Source: an uncultured Chloroflexia bacterium (GTDB lineage Bacteria > Chloroflexota > Anaerolineae > Caldilineales > Caldilineaceae). From it: a stretch of DNA of 64,000 nt. Below are positions 50,533-60,137 of this stretch, in pieces. The number at the start of each line of letters is the position of its first letter. The stretch's first letter is position 1. The notes beneath the pieces were generated by a model. That model saw only the letters and a list, made by a program, of their open reading frames with translations. It was not told the origin of the DNA and made no database searches. The position numbers and the translations under genes are program-made. Location: assembly GCA_963839515.1 (NCBI GenBank), contig CAWIVN010000030.1, positions 32,040-96,039 of the forward strand. Reading direction: 5' to 3'.

Positions 50533-51693
50533 CTATGCCCGCTCCTCCATATCGAAGAGACGGCGGTACTCCTGGATGGCATAACGGTCGGTCATGCCGG
50601 CCAGGTAGTCGGCGATCACACGTTGCAGGCCGCCGGGGTCGGATGTAACGTTTTCACGCGTCTCGCTCGGGAGCTGCTCGGGTCGCGCAACATAGGCGTG
50701 AAAGAGATTGGTCAAGGTGCGCTCGGCCTTGACCGCCATGCGCATCACGCGGAAGTGGCGGTAGAAGTTGTCGAACAGGAAGTGACGCAATTCGCGGTTG
50801 TCTTCCTGCATGGCCGGCGAGTAGCCGGCCGTATTTGTCGGCTGGGCGCGCAGGCCGGCAAGGCTCTGGACGCCGGCAGCGGCCAGGTTGGCAGCCGTGG
50901 CCCGAATGGTATCGGTAACCTCGATGCCCACGAGGCGGCGAACAAAGCGATAGCGCAGCATGTCTTCGCCAAGGTCGGTGTCCTGCGGCAAGCCCAACTG
51001 GGCAAGGGCTTTGCGTGCTAGGGCGAGTTGCGCTACGGCACGCGGTTTGAGAATGCCGCTGCGCAGGCCATCGTCCAGGTCACTGGTGTTGTAGGCGATC
51101 TCGTCGGCCAGATTGGCAAGCTGGCACTCCAGCGTGCCGCGCTCGTGGGGGTTGAAGTCGCGTGCATCGGCCAGATCGTAATCAGTGTCATGCTTCACGA
51201 CGCCTTCCAGCACTTCGTAGGTCAGGTTTAGACCTGGATGATCAGGGTAACGGTGCTCCAGTTCGGTGACGACACGGAAGGTTTGGCGCTGGTGATCAAA
51301 GCCACCATATTCGGCCATGAGAGTGTTGAGCGTATCTTCGCCAACATGGCCGAACGGTGGGTGACCAAGGTCGTGCGAAAGACAGATGGCCTCGGTCAGG
51401 TCCTCGTTGCAGCCCAGCCCGCGCGCCAGTGTGCGCCCGATCTGGGCCACCTCGATGCTGTGGGTGAGCCGGTTGCGATAGTGATCGCCCTCGGAATAAA
51501 CAAATACCTGCGTCTTGTATTCGAGACGGCGGAAGGCAGTCGTGTGAATGATTCGATCACGATCGCGCTGGAAGTCAAGGCGAAAAGGGTCCTTCGTTTC
51601 GGGGTGGCGCCGGCCGCGGGATGCGGCATTGGTCATAGCATAGGGGGCGAGGGTTAAAGACTCGCGCTGCTCCAGGGTTTCGCGTGTAATCAT
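50533..51693 (-). CDS. dGTPase-like HD-domain deoxynucleoside triphosphate triphosphohydrolase
   Basis: HD motif region HSLEVAQIGR ... LSHDLGHPPFGH. Start chosen at MITRETLEQ (51693); the ORF extends to 51801. Confidence 0.8.
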   Translation of the reverse strand: MITRETLEQRESLTLAPYAMTNAASRGRRHPETKDPFRLDFQRDRDRIIHTTAFRRLEYKTQVFVYSEGDHYRNRLTHSIEVAQIGRTLARGLGCNEDLTEAICLSHDLGHPPFGHVGEDTLNTLMAEYGGFDHQRQTFRVVTELEHRYPDHPGLNLTYEVLEGVVKHDTDYDLADARDFNPHERGTLECQLANLADEIAYNTSDLDDGLRSGILKPRAVAQLALARKALAQLGLPQDTDLGEDMLRYRFVRRLVGIEVTDTIRATAANLAAAGVQSLAGLRAQPTNTAGYSPAMQEDNRELRHFLFDNFYRHFRVMRMAVKAERTLTNLFHAYVARPEQLPSETRENVTSDPGGLQRVIADYLAGMTDRYAIQEYRRLFDMEERA

Positions 51694-51712
51694 AGGACGA
51701 ATTATACCGTAT

Positions 51713-52456
51713 TCACCCCTGCAAGGCGGCACGCATAGCGGCGACCAAGACCGGATCTGTGATGCGCACGTGGTCTTCCGGCGGCATAGTGGCGGCGCCA
51801 AAATGGAGCGCAGGGTTGGCCGCAGTGGAAGGATCCATCCGGCTGCCGCTCAACGACGCATGCACCTGGTCGGCGCCGGTCAAACGCAGCAGTTCGCCCA
51901 CATTGGCCACTGTGATCCCGCCACCCGGCAGCACCTGCACGTGTCCCCCGAGATACGCTCGATAGGCCGCAAGATTGGCGGCGCCTTCCAGCGCACTTGC
52001 CTTCTGGCCGGAGCTCAATATTCGCGTCACCCCCAAAGCCGCCAGCCCATCCAGTGCGGCAAATGGATCTGCTATAACGTCAAAGGCCCGGTGAAATACA
52101 GTTTCCTTGCTGCCGGCCAGCGTCACCAGGGAGCGCGTGCGGATTATGTCAACTCTACCACCTGGTTCTAAGCATCCAAACACGATGCCGTCCGCGCCAT
52201 GCGCCAGTGCGAGCTCTGCGTCGCGCAACATGACGGCAAAATCGGGCTCGCTGTACGCAAATCCGCCCGGGCGAGGACGAATCATGGCCATGATCGGCAG
52301 GCGCACGGCCTGGCGCGCTCCGATCAGCAGACCCATCGACGGCGTGAGGCCGCCGAGCGGGAGGGCAGCGCAAAGCTCGATCCGGTCGGCGCCGCCGGCT
52401 TGGGCGGCGAGACAGTCTTCGAGCGAGGTAGCTATGACTTCCAGCAGGATAGACAT
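51713..52456 (-). CDS. cutC: Copper homeostasis protein CutC family (TIM barrel)
   Basis: MSILLEVIATSLEDCLAAQAGGADRIELCAALPLGGLTPS matches the CutC N-terminal signature. Confidence 0.8.
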   Translation of the reverse strand: MSILLEVIATSLEDCLAAQAGGADRIELCAALPLGGLTPSMGLLIGARQAVRLPIMAMIRPRPGGFAYSEPDFAVMLRDAELALAHGADGIVFGCLEPGGRVDIIRTRSLVTLAGSKETVFHRAFDVIADPFAALDGLAALGVTRILSSGQKASALEGAANLAAYRAYLGGHVQVLPGGGITVANVGELLRLTGADQVHASLSGSRMDPSTAANPALHFGAATMPPEDHVRITDPVLVAAMRAALQG

Positions 52457-52461
52457 GGCGA

Positions 52462-53289
52462 TTAGCTCTTTCCGCGCGCCTGGCGTTGGCGCAGCAGCGG
52501 TTCGCTGAGGCTGGCGGCCTCTACACCTCGCTGCACGCTGATGATTTCGGCCATGATACAGACGGCGATTTCCGCCGGGGTCTGTGCCCCAATCGCCAGG
52601 CCAACTGGAGCATGGATGCGGTCAAACTTCTCCGGCGGGATGCCCTGTTCGCGTTCCAGCAGCTCGTAGACGGCACGAATGCGCCGTTGGCTGCCGATCA
52701 TGCCAATGTAGGCGACCGGGTCGTCGAGCACCTCGAGCAGGCATGCGACGTCGTACTGGTGACCACGCGTGACGAGGACGAGATAGGTATCCTCGTCAAA
52801 GGTGGGCCGTCCAAGGCGCAAGCGGCGCAGTTCTGCGGTAAACTCGCCGGCAATCACGCGGTCGGCGGTGGGAAAGCGCTGGAGATTGGCATACTGTGGG
52901 CGGTCGTCCAGCACCGTCACCTCAAAGTCACAGATACGCCCAATCTCGGCAAGCGGCGCGGCTATATGCCCCGCGCCGATAATCAGCAGGTGCGGTGGCG
53001 GAGCCTGCACGTCGACAAACACCTGCAGCAACCCATCGTCAGGTTGGTACTCGATGCCGCGCGCTGTGCGTGCGGCCAGAGCGGCGCGGGCGTCGCCCTG
53101 AACCTGGTCATCCAGGCCCGGGGGCACCAGATCGCCTTGCACGGGTTGTGACAGGTCGGACCACACGATCAGCCGCCGGCCTACCTGGCCGGCATACACA
53201 CCCGAGCCGGCGATCGCCGTGACCAATGCCACAGGCCGCCGTTGGTCGAGCGACGCCAGCAGGGCCTTTAGGATCTGTTGGTCGTTCAT
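52462..53289 (-). CDS. XdhC/CoxI-family molybdenum-cofactor insertion chaperone (N-terminal domain plus Rossmann-like C-terminal domain)
   Basis: LDQRRPVALVTAIAGSGVYAGQVG ... HLLIIGAGHIAAPLAEIGRICDFEVTVLDDR. Confidence 0.7.
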   Translation of the reverse strand: MNDQQILKALLASLDQRRPVALVTAIAGSGVYAGQVGRRLIVWSDLSQPVQGDLVPPGLDDQVQGDARAALAARTARGIEYQPDDGLLQVFVDVQAPPPHLLIIGAGHIAAPLAEIGRICDFEVTVLDDRPQYANLQRFPTADRVIAGEFTAELRRLRLGRPTFDEDTYLVLVTRGHQYDVACLLEVLDDPVAYIGMIGSQRRIRAVYELLEREQGIPPEKFDRIHAPVGLAIGAQTPAEIAVCIMAEIISVQRGVEAASLSEPLLRQRQARGKS

Positions 53290-53618
53290 GGTTGGCCAGA
53301 CGGTGCGCCGGACCAGCGTTCGACAAAGACGTTAAGAATGCCGCCGCATACACCAAGGCTCTGCATGCTGATGTCCTCGGTGAGGTCCACCAATACAGTA
53401 CGCGGATGGCTATCGGCCAACACGTCAAGCCCGGCGCGAATGACGTCCGCTTCGCCGCAGCCGCCGCCGACCGTGCCGACGTGCTTGCCGTAAGGGTGAA
53501 TAATCATCTTGGTGCCCACGCCGCGTGGGGTAGAGCCTTTGGTCTGCGTGATGGTGGCGACGGCGACATCCAGCCCTTGGTCGAGCAGGTCTTGCAGCTG
53601 TCGGTAAAAGTTTGACAT
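53286..53618 (-). CDS. Stand-alone XdhC/CoxI N-terminal domain protein
   Basis: VAVATITQTKGSTPRGVGTKMIIHPYGKHVGTVGGGCGEADV; 4-nt overlap with the downstream xdhC. Confidence 0.6.
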   Translation of the reverse strand: MSNFYRQLQDLLDQGLDVAVATITQTKGSTPRGVGTKMIIHPYGKHVGTVGGGCGEADVIRAGLDVLADSHPRTVLVDLTEDISMQSLGVCGGILNVFVERWSGAPSGQP

Positions 53619-53642
53619 GGGTACGTGATCCCCGTGAGGTGG

Positions 53643-54401
53643 CTAGGGTGCAATGGAAAGCACGGGGCCATCCAGGCAAAGAACCTGGCCGGCATGTTCG
53701 CAGGCACCGCAAATGCCCATCGCGCACCGCATGTAGGCCTCCCAGCTGAGTTGGCAGGCAACCCCATAGCGACCTGCCAGGCGGGTAAGGGCGTCGAGCA
53801 TGCCGTGGGGGCCGCAGGCGAAAATGCCGTCGACTTCCTGGCTGGCCAACAAGGGTTCCAGTACGTCGGTGACACGCCCCGGTGCGCCTTGGCTGCCGTC
53901 TTCGGTGGTGGTATAGAGCGAGAGCGAGGGTTGATGGTCGGCAATGGCTTGAAAACGCCGCGTGTAGAGCAAATCGTCGGCCGTGCGGGCGCCGATGATT
54001 ACCGCCATGGCGTCCACCCAGTCAACGTGCTGTTGCGCGAACCACAACAGCGGGGCGACACCGTAGCCGCCGCCGACAAGCGCAGGGCGGCGGCAGCCTG
54101 GCGACAGCGAGAACCCGTGGCCAAACGGACCGCGCAGCCACAGGCGGTCACCAACGGCCAGTTCGTGAACGAGGCGTGTGAATGGCCCGACGGCAGAAAT
54201 CATGAGGGTCACTGGATTGGCCTGCACCAACGAGAAAGGCTTCTCATCAAAGCGCGGCAGCCATGCCATTAGGAATTGGCCGGGTTCGGCATCAAGGCGC
54301 ATGTCGAGTGTAAAGGTCTTGGTGCGGTAGTTCTCGCTTTCGATAGCGAGCACACGGGCCGGGGCTGGCATCTGGGACACGGGTGCAGGATTGGCGAACA
54401 T
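53643..54401 (-). CDS. PyrK-like FAD/NAD-binding oxidoreductase with a C-terminal [2Fe-2S] Cys cluster
   Basis: FNR-like fold (RTKTFTL ... FLMAWLP ... LVGGGYGVAPL) and a C-terminal C-x4-C-x2-C ... C motif (CAMGICGACE). Confidence 0.7.
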   Translation of the reverse strand: MFANPAPVSQMPAPARVLAIESENYRTKTFTLDMRLDAEPGQFLMAWLPRFDEKPFSLVQANPVTLMISAVGPFTRLVHELAVGDRLWLRGPFGHGFSLSPGCRRPALVGGGYGVAPLLWFAQQHVDWVDAMAVIIGARTADDLLYTRRFQAIADHQPSLSLYTTTEDGSQGAPGRVTDVLEPLLASQEVDGIFACGPHGMLDALTRLAGRYGVACQLSWEAYMRCAMGICGACEHAGQVLCLDGPVLSIAP

Positions 54402-54419
54402 AGTTGTATTATGCCCGGT

Positions 54420-55292
54420 CTAGCCCTTTTGGGCCACAAAGATAATGACGTGAGGAATCAGCCGCAGCGAGGCCAGGGCATCGTCTGCGGGCCAGACGGA
54501 ATCGAGCGTCTCCACCGGCGGCGCAGGTTCGACAATCCGCTGCAGCTGGAAGCCGGCAGCGGCGAGCAAGTCGGTCCACTGGCCGATGCTGCGATGATAG
54601 GTCTGCAGGAGAATACCGGTATTGCCCCAACGCCAACGATTCGGACGCCAGTCAAAATAGCTGCGCGCTGGGATGATGGACAATTCGTCATCCTCTTCTC
54701 CCGTTTCGGCATCGAAAAAGCAATCACGCAGCGGATGGTCCAGGCTAAAGACGAGACGTCCGCCCGGACGGAGGACACGGTGGCACTCCGCCAGGCATGC
54801 GGCCATTTCGGCAACGTACTGAACCGTGTTGACGCTGAACACGAGATCGTAGGCGTTCTCGGCAAAAGCCGCAAGGTGGTCCGCACTGCCCTGGACAAAC
54901 TGCACTGTCACCCTTGCTTGCTCGGCCATCTGGCGCGCAAAGGCAAGTTGCACGTCGCTAAGGTCCACACCCGCGACAACGGCCCCCGCGCGCGCAAAGG
55001 CGACGCAGCATTGACCGCCTCCACACCCAATTTCTAGGATGCGCCTGCCGGCCACCTCGCCCAACAAGTTCAGTTCGTTCTCCAGCGGGGCCCACGGGCC
55101 ATAATGAACACTGGCGGTGGATATCTCATGATGTGCCTGGTAGATGGGGCTGAGGCGATCCCAGGCAGCGCGCAAATCTGGGCGCAAATCTGGGCGCGAA
55201 TCGGCGTGCGAATCGGCGTGTGAATCAGGCTGCACGGCTATGTTCCCGTGCCAAGCATAGTTGATTCGAGCAGGAAGAAGGTCGTGCTGCAC
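54420..55292 (-). CDS. Class I SAM-dependent methyltransferase
   Basis: Motif I ILEIGCGGGQ; Methyltransf_11/25-like. The N-terminus is uncertain and encodes DSHADSHADSRPDLRPDLR from a 12-nt tandem repeat. Confidence 0.7.
   Translation of the reverse strand: MQHDLLPARINYAWHGNIAVQPDSHADSHADSRPDLRPDLRAAWDRLSPIYQAHHEISTASVHYGPWAPLENELNLLGEVAGRRILEIGCGGGQCCVAFARAGAVVAGVDLSDVQLAFARQMAEQARVTVQFVQGSADHLAAFAENAYDLVFSVNTVQYVAEMAACLAECHRVLRPGGRLVFSLDHPLRDCFFDAETGEEDDELSIIPARSYFDWRPNRWRWGNTGILLQTYHRSIGQWTDLLAAAGFQLQRIVEPAPPVETLDSVWPADDALASLRLIPHVIIFVAQKG
55170..55231. repeat. Imperfect 12-nt tandem repeat x5 (GCGCAAATCTGG x2, then GCG(C/T)GAATCGGCGT-type units)
   Basis: Read directly from the sequence; overlaps the 5' end of the methyltransferase ORF. 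Confidence 0.7.
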
Positions 55293-55975
55293 ATGCAGGA
55301 AAAAACAATTGAAGCAATGCCCAAGATGAGAAACGCGCGGGCGGCGGAGCGATCGGGCTGCGCAGGCTTGTTGCGATAGACAAAGTAGAGGATCAGACCA
55401 AGGATCGGCAGCAACAGCGACAGTGCATAGAAGAGCACTTTCATGCCGCCGGTCAGTTCGGCAATCGGGCCAAAGTCACGTGCTTGGTAGCCGGCAGTGG
55501 CCGGCGCACCCTGGCTTGTGGCGGGCAGGGCAGCCGATGCGCCGGTAGGAGAGCCGGAGGCAACTGCACTCGCAGCTGCGACCCGGCTCGGCTGGACGGC
55601 AGCCCACTTGGGCAGATTTGACGCGCCGGCGCTCGTTGCGGCAGGACTTGATGCAGCCAGGCTTGATTCGCTACTGGGGGCTACGGCAGATTTCGCTTGC
55701 TCTGCCAGCGGATCGACGGCGGGCGCGCTGGGCAGCGACGGGGGCGGTGGAATCGACGGTGTGCCTGTGGGGGGCGTAGCCGCAACCCAGTCCCCCTTAT
55801 TGCTGTCGTAAAAATGCCAGGCGCCGTTTTCGCGTGATTTTGCCCACCAAAACCCGGCGTCGTCGAGAACCATCAACCGGTGAAGCTGTTCGTCGAGCTG
55901 GTTGTCATCCAACGCTCCCGCCAGATATTGCTGTTTGATGACCTCGTATTGTGCATCCGCTTCTGCAAAAGTCAT
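55238..55975 (-). CDS. Hypothetical protein: small N-terminal globular domain, Pro/Ser/Ala-rich linker, C-terminal two-transmembrane anchor
   Basis: Start chosen at MTFAEADAQYEV (55975); the ORF extends to 56299 but overlaps the ROK gene promoter region. Confidence 0.45.
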   Translation of the reverse strand: MTFAEADAQYEVIKQQYLAGALDDNQLDEQLHRLMVLDDAGFWWAKSRENGAWHFYDSNKGDWVAATPPTGTPSIPPPPSLPSAPAVDPLAEQAKSAVAPSSESSLAASSPAATSAGASNLPKWAAVQPSRVAAASAVASGSPTGASAALPATSQGAPATAGYQARDFGPIAELTGGMKVLFYALSLLLPILGLILYFVYRNKPAQPDRSAARAFLILGIASIVFSCMCSTTFFLLESTMLGTGT

Positions 55976-56153
55976 GATCAACCTGCCTTTCCTGCCGCCT
56001 GGTGTGCGCGGGTGCATGTGACGTAGCGAAATTATAGCAGAATCGCCAGGGTCCAACGACTTCCAGGGCAGTGCGGTTGCCGGTTTTGCCCGAAATGGCG
56101 TACCATAGAAGGCAACGACGTACCATCCACCGACAACCTGCGAGAGGTGAAAG

Positions 56154-57122
56154 ATGACCATGCAACTCCTAGGCGTGGACCTGGGCGGGACGCAGATCCG
56201 GGCGGCTTTGGCCGACGAGAACGGCGTGATGAAAACCCGCGTGGCCACGCTTACGTTGGCCGACGAGGGGCCGGCGGCCGTGATCGAACGTATCTGCATC
56301 CAGATCGAACTGGCAATGGAGGGGCAGAAGATTACGGCGATTGGTCTCGGTGCTCCCGGCCCGACCGACCCCTACGAGGGCGTGGTGCTCGTGGCCCCCA
56401 ATCTGCCCGGCTGGCACAATGTGCCGCTGCGGCAGCTTTTGGCACAACGCTTTGGTGTTCCAGTCTTCATCGGCAACGACGCCAACCTGGCCGGTCTCGC
56501 CGAGTACCGTTATGGCGCAGGTCGCAAGTCCAGCCATATGATCTATATCACCGTCAGCACCGGCATCGGCGGTGGGGTCATTAGCGGCAAACGGCTGTTG
56601 ATCGGCCGGCAGGGGCTGGCGGCCGAAATCGGCCATATTACGATCGATTACTCGGGCGAACAGGAAGGGCGACACGAAGTCGGCTCGCTCGAAGGATTGG
56701 CGTCCGGGCCAAACTTTGCGCGCCGCGTACGCAAGGAATTGCTGGCAGGCGCCGACAGTATCTTGCGTGACTGGGTAAATGGCGACATCGAAGCGGTGAC
56801 GCCGCAGCTGGTACAGCAGGCGGCGGCCCAGGGTGACGACTTTGCGCTGGACCAGTTTGCGCTCAACGGGCGCTATCTTGGCGTAGGTATCACCAACCTG
56901 CTGCACGTTTTCAACCCGCAACGAATCGTGATCGGCGGCAGCGTCTGGCTGCACGCGCAGGAGTTTATGGTCACGACAATGTGGGACACAATCCGTAAGC
57001 GCAGCCAGTCACCGAACTATTGGAACGAGCTTGAAATCGTGAGCGCCGAGTTGGGGGACGACGTAGGGCTGCTGGGAGCGATTGCGCTGGCGGAAGACGA
57101 GATGGAACGGATGCGAGGGTAG
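56154..57122 (+). CDS. ROK-family sugar kinase (glucokinase-like)
   Basis: LLGVDLGGTQIRAAL ... ROK signature region and the Cys/His zinc motif region (GHITIDYSG ...). GAGAGGTGA RBS. Confidence 0.8.
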   Translation: MTMQLLGVDLGGTQIRAALADENGVMKTRVATLTLADEGPAAVIERICIQIELAMEGQKITAIGLGAPGPTDPYEGVVLVAPNLPGWHNVPLRQLLAQRFGVPVFIGNDANLAGLAEYRYGAGRKSSHMIYITVSTGIGGGVISGKRLLIGRQGLAAEIGHITIDYSGEQEGRHEVGSLEGLASGPNFARRVRKELLAGADSILRDWVNGDIEAVTPQLVQQAAAQGDDFALDQFALNGRYLGVGITNLLHVFNPQRIVIGGSVWLHAQEFMVTTMWDTIRKRSQSPNYWNELEIVSAELGDDVGLLGAIALAEDEMERMRG

Positions 57123-57129
57123 AGCCCCC

Positions 57130-57179
57130 TGTCCCCGGGACCGGCAAACGCAAGCGTTCGCTTGAGGTCCCGGGGACAT
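57130..57179. repeat. Copy 2 of the nested palindromic element (TGTCCCCGGGACCGGCAAACGCAAGCGTTCGCTTGAGGTCCCGGGGACAT) in the ROK / M32 carboxypeptidase convergent intergenic region
   Basis: 49 of 50 positions identical to 36476-36525. Confidence 0.75.
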
Positions 57180-57188
57180 AACAACCCC

Positions 57189-58706
57189 TTACAGTTTGTA
57201 GATGCTGCCGTACTTGGTGCGCAGATAGTCCAGGTATGGGGTCAAGGACAATGGGCCACCTGTGACGCGTGCAAGCAGCTCGTTGGCGGTGTACTTGCTG
57301 CCGTGCTGGTAGATGTTTTCACGCAGCCATGTGTGCAGGGTGTCGAACTTGCCCTGGCGAATCTGGCCGGGGATCTCCGGGTGCGCTTTGAGCGCGGCGG
57401 CGTAGAATTGGGACGCCATGATATTGCCAAGCGTGTAGCCCTGGAATACCCCGCCGATGGGTCCGCCATACCAGTGTACGTCCTGGAGGATGCCGTCGCG
57501 ATCGTCGGGGGCGCGCACGCCCAGGCTTTCGACATAGCGAGCATGCCAGGCCTCGGGCAGGTCGGCCACGGCCAGCTTACCTTCCAGCAAGTCCAACTCC
57601 AGGCCAAAGCGAATGATGACGTGCAGGTTGTAGGTGACCTCGTCGGCATCGGTGCGGATGAGCGAAGGCTGCGACTTGTTGACGGCCTTGAAGAACTCCT
57701 CTACGTCCACGCCGGCCAGCTGGTCGGGGAAGACGGCCGCCAGCTTGGGCAAGTAGAATTCCCAGAAGCCGGCGCTGCGTCCGACGATATTCTCCCACAG
57801 GCGCGACTGGCTCTCGTGTACGCCGGCAGACGTGCCGGTATCCAGCGGCGTGCCTTCATACTTCTGGTCGATCCCGAGTTCGTAGAGCGCGTGGCCGGTC
57901 TCGTGGATGCTGCTAAACAAGCCGTCGCCCAAATCAGTTTCGTTGTAGCGCGTGGTGATGCGCACATCGCCCCACGCGAACTTGGTCATGAACGGGTGAT
58001 GAGTCTTGTCCTGGCGACCGCGGTGGAAATCAAAGCCTAAGTCGCGCACGAGCGACTCGCCGAAGTGTGCTTGCAGCGCCTCGGGATAGTTGCAGTGCAG
58101 TACGCTGTCGTCTACCTGCTGCGCCTGGGCGATCGCCTTGACGAGCGGGCTGAGTTGCTGGCGCAACGCTTCAAAGAGCGGGCCGATCTGCGCCGCGCTC
58201 ATGCCATAATCGGCGGCGTCAATTAGCGGGTCGGCAATGTGCTGGTAGCCGGGGAAGAAGTTGGCATACTGCCGGCTCATGTCCAGCGTCTTTTCCAGCG
58301 CAGGCTGCACGCGGCGAAAGTCATTGGCAGGGCGCGCCTCGGCCCATAACGAGAAGGTTTCGGCCACGTGGCCCGCAAAAGCGGACGCAAACTCGGCCGG
58401 AACCTTGGTGCGCCGGTCGTAGTTGCGCCGCGCCACACGCACGAGCGCAGCGTCGTCATGGTCGGCCGGCAGGCTGTCGGCATAGGGCTGAAGTTCGTCG
58501 AGCAGGCGGCCGATGGCCGGATCCGTGGCGGCTTCGTGCGCCAACCCTTCCAACGCCGCCAACTGCCGAGCGCGCCCGGCAGCCCCGGCGGGCGGCATAT
58601 ACGTGGACTGATCCCACATCAGTACGGCGCTGGCTGAAGCAATATCATTGGCCTTGCGCAGGCGCGCAACCAGCTCGTCACGTTGTTGTTGTACCTTGCT
58701 ATCCAT
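57189..58706 (-). CDS. M32 carboxypeptidase (Taq-type thermostable carboxypeptidase)
   Basis: HEXXH motif HETGHALYE, DxRxT and HESQS-type conserved regions. Start at MDSKVQQ (58706). Confidence 0.85.
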   Translation of the reverse strand: MDSKVQQQRDELVARLRKANDIASASAVLMWDQSTYMPPAGAAGRARQLAALEGLAHEAATDPAIGRLLDELQPYADSLPADHDDAALVRVARRNYDRRTKVPAEFASAFAGHVAETFSLWAEARPANDFRRVQPALEKTLDMSRQYANFFPGYQHIADPLIDAADYGMSAAQIGPLFEALRQQLSPLVKAIAQAQQVDDSVLHCNYPEALQAHFGESLVRDLGFDFHRGRQDKTHHPFMTKFAWGDVRITTRYNETDLGDGLFSSIHETGHALYELGIDQKYEGTPLDTGTSAGVHESQSRLWENIVGRSAGFWEFYLPKLAAVFPDQLAGVDVEEFFKAVNKSQPSLIRTDADEVTYNLHVIIRFGLELDLLEGKLAVADLPEAWHARYVESLGVRAPDDRDGILQDVHWYGGPIGGVFQGYTLGNIMASQFYAAALKAHPEIPGQIRQGKFDTLHTWLRENIYQHGSKYTANELLARVTGGPLSLTPYLDYLRTKYGSIYKL

Positions 58707-58959
58707 TGCGATTCCTTTCGTGTTAACAGCAATAATCCGGTAAGTATACCATTGCGCCATATGTTCTTTGTTTCACGAGGTCCTTTCGCTTTGGCAAATT
58801 CGGTTTATCCAAGTATACTGGAACGGATTTTCGGGGGTCATAATTGACCAGTACGCAAATAAGGCGAACAGAAATACGAAAATTATAAAGTGTTAAGAGG
58901 ATCGAGGCGTGGCGGCCGCCATAAGCGGCGCGACGCCGGAAGTGTTCGGGAGAATAGTC

Positions 58960-60054
58960 ATGAGCGAGCAGCAATTCAACGAAGCCACAGTGAGCGAGGC
59001 GACCAACGGTGTGGTCGTAGCCAAAGAGACGGCCCAAGCAGAGCCGGATACCCCGGCTGAAGCAACCGTGCCGGCCGAGGTAGACGCGCCGGTGGCGGCT
59101 GCACCAGCTACTGCCGACGAAGCAGCACCGAAAGTGGAAGCAGCGTCTGCAAGCGAGACGGGAGCTGCACCCGAGACAACGGATACGCCCGAAGCGGTGG
59201 CTGCCCCCGAAGCGGCTGCACCCGAGGCAGCTGCATCCGAGGCAGCTGCATCCGATACGGCGGAACCAGCCGGTGAATCGGGCGCAGTGGATGCAAACGG
59301 CACTGTGGTGAGAATGCTCAGCGTCGGCCAACAGGTGAAAGGTAAGGTCAAGCGCGTCACGGAGTTTGGCGCCTTTGTCGACATCGGCGTTGGACGCGAC
59401 GGCCTGGTACATATCTCCGAGCTTTCCGCCAAGCGCGTGGGCAAGGTCTCCGACGTGCTGCAGGAAGGTCAAGAGGTGCTGTTGTGGATCAAGAAGCTGG
59501 ATAGGGATCGCAACCGCATCAGCCTCACCATGATCGAACCGGGCAAGCGCACGATTCGTGACCTGCAAAAGGGCGAGGTTGTCGAAGGAACAGTGACACG
59601 CATCCTGCCGTATGGCGCGTTTATCGATATCGGCATCGGCCGCGATGCGCTGCTGCACGTGCGCGAAATGGGCGAAGGTTTTGTCGCCAAGCCCGAGGAT
59701 GTGGTGCAGGTGGGCCAGCTGGTCGAGGTGCGCGTGATCGAGATCGCGCGCCGCCGCAGCCGGGTGGACCTGAGCATGAAGGGTCTGCGCCCGGAGCCGG
59801 AGACCCCGCAACAGTCCTCCCGTTCAAATGCTCAACCGGAACCCGAACCTGAGCCGGAACTTGTCGACGAGTACGCTGAATTGGAAGTGCTGTCGCCGAT
59901 GCAGTTGGCGTTCAAGCGGGCGCAGGAAAAGAGCGGCGTTGTGCTGCCGCCGACCGGCAAACCCGGCAAGACCAATAAGCGGCAAGACAGCAACAGGAAG
60001 CGGGCGCAGCAGGAAGATATCATTGCCCGCACGCTGAGCACCGGCAAGAAGTAA
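58960..60054 (+). CDS. Tandem S1 RNA-binding domain protein with an Ala/Glu/Pro-rich N-terminal region
   Basis: Two S1 domains (GQQVKGKVKRVTEFGAFVDIG ... ; GEVVEGTVTRILPYGAFIDIG ...). GGGAG RBS before the ATG at 58960. Confidence 0.7.
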   Translation: MSEQQFNEATVSEATNGVVVAKETAQAEPDTPAEATVPAEVDAPVAAAPATADEAAPKVEAASASETGAAPETTDTPEAVAAPEAAAPEAAASEAAASDTAEPAGESGAVDANGTVVRMLSVGQQVKGKVKRVTEFGAFVDIGVGRDGLVHISELSAKRVGKVSDVLQEGQEVLLWIKKLDRDRNRISLTMIEPGKRTIRDLQKGEVVEGTVTRILPYGAFIDIGIGRDALLHVREMGEGFVAKPEDVVQVGQLVEVRVIEIARRRSRVDLSMKGLRPEPETPQQSSRSNAQPEPEPEPELVDEYAELEVLSPMQLAFKRAQEKSGVVLPPTGKPGKTNKRQDSNRKRAQQEDIIARTLSTGKK

Positions 60055-60075
60055 ATTCATACGTATATTACGATG

Positions 60076-60103
60076 AGGCGGGGCAAATTGCCCCGCCTTT
60101 TTG
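60076..60103 (+). terminator. Rho-independent terminator (AGGCGGGGCAA-A-TTGCCCCGCCT followed by TTTTT)
   Basis: 11-bp GC-rich stem plus T-tract, 22 nt after the S1 protein stop. Confidence 0.55.
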
Positions 60104-60137
60104 CATTCCAGTGGCTGTGTTCCAGGAGGTATTCGCA

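Noticed and set aside
60101-60137. ATG at 60101 as the SDR start
   Set aside because: It gives a non-Rossmann N-terminus (MHSSGCVPGG ...). The canonical GKVALVTGG N-terminus is in the adjacent frame from the ATG at 60138, which indicates a frameshift rather than a longer N-terminus.
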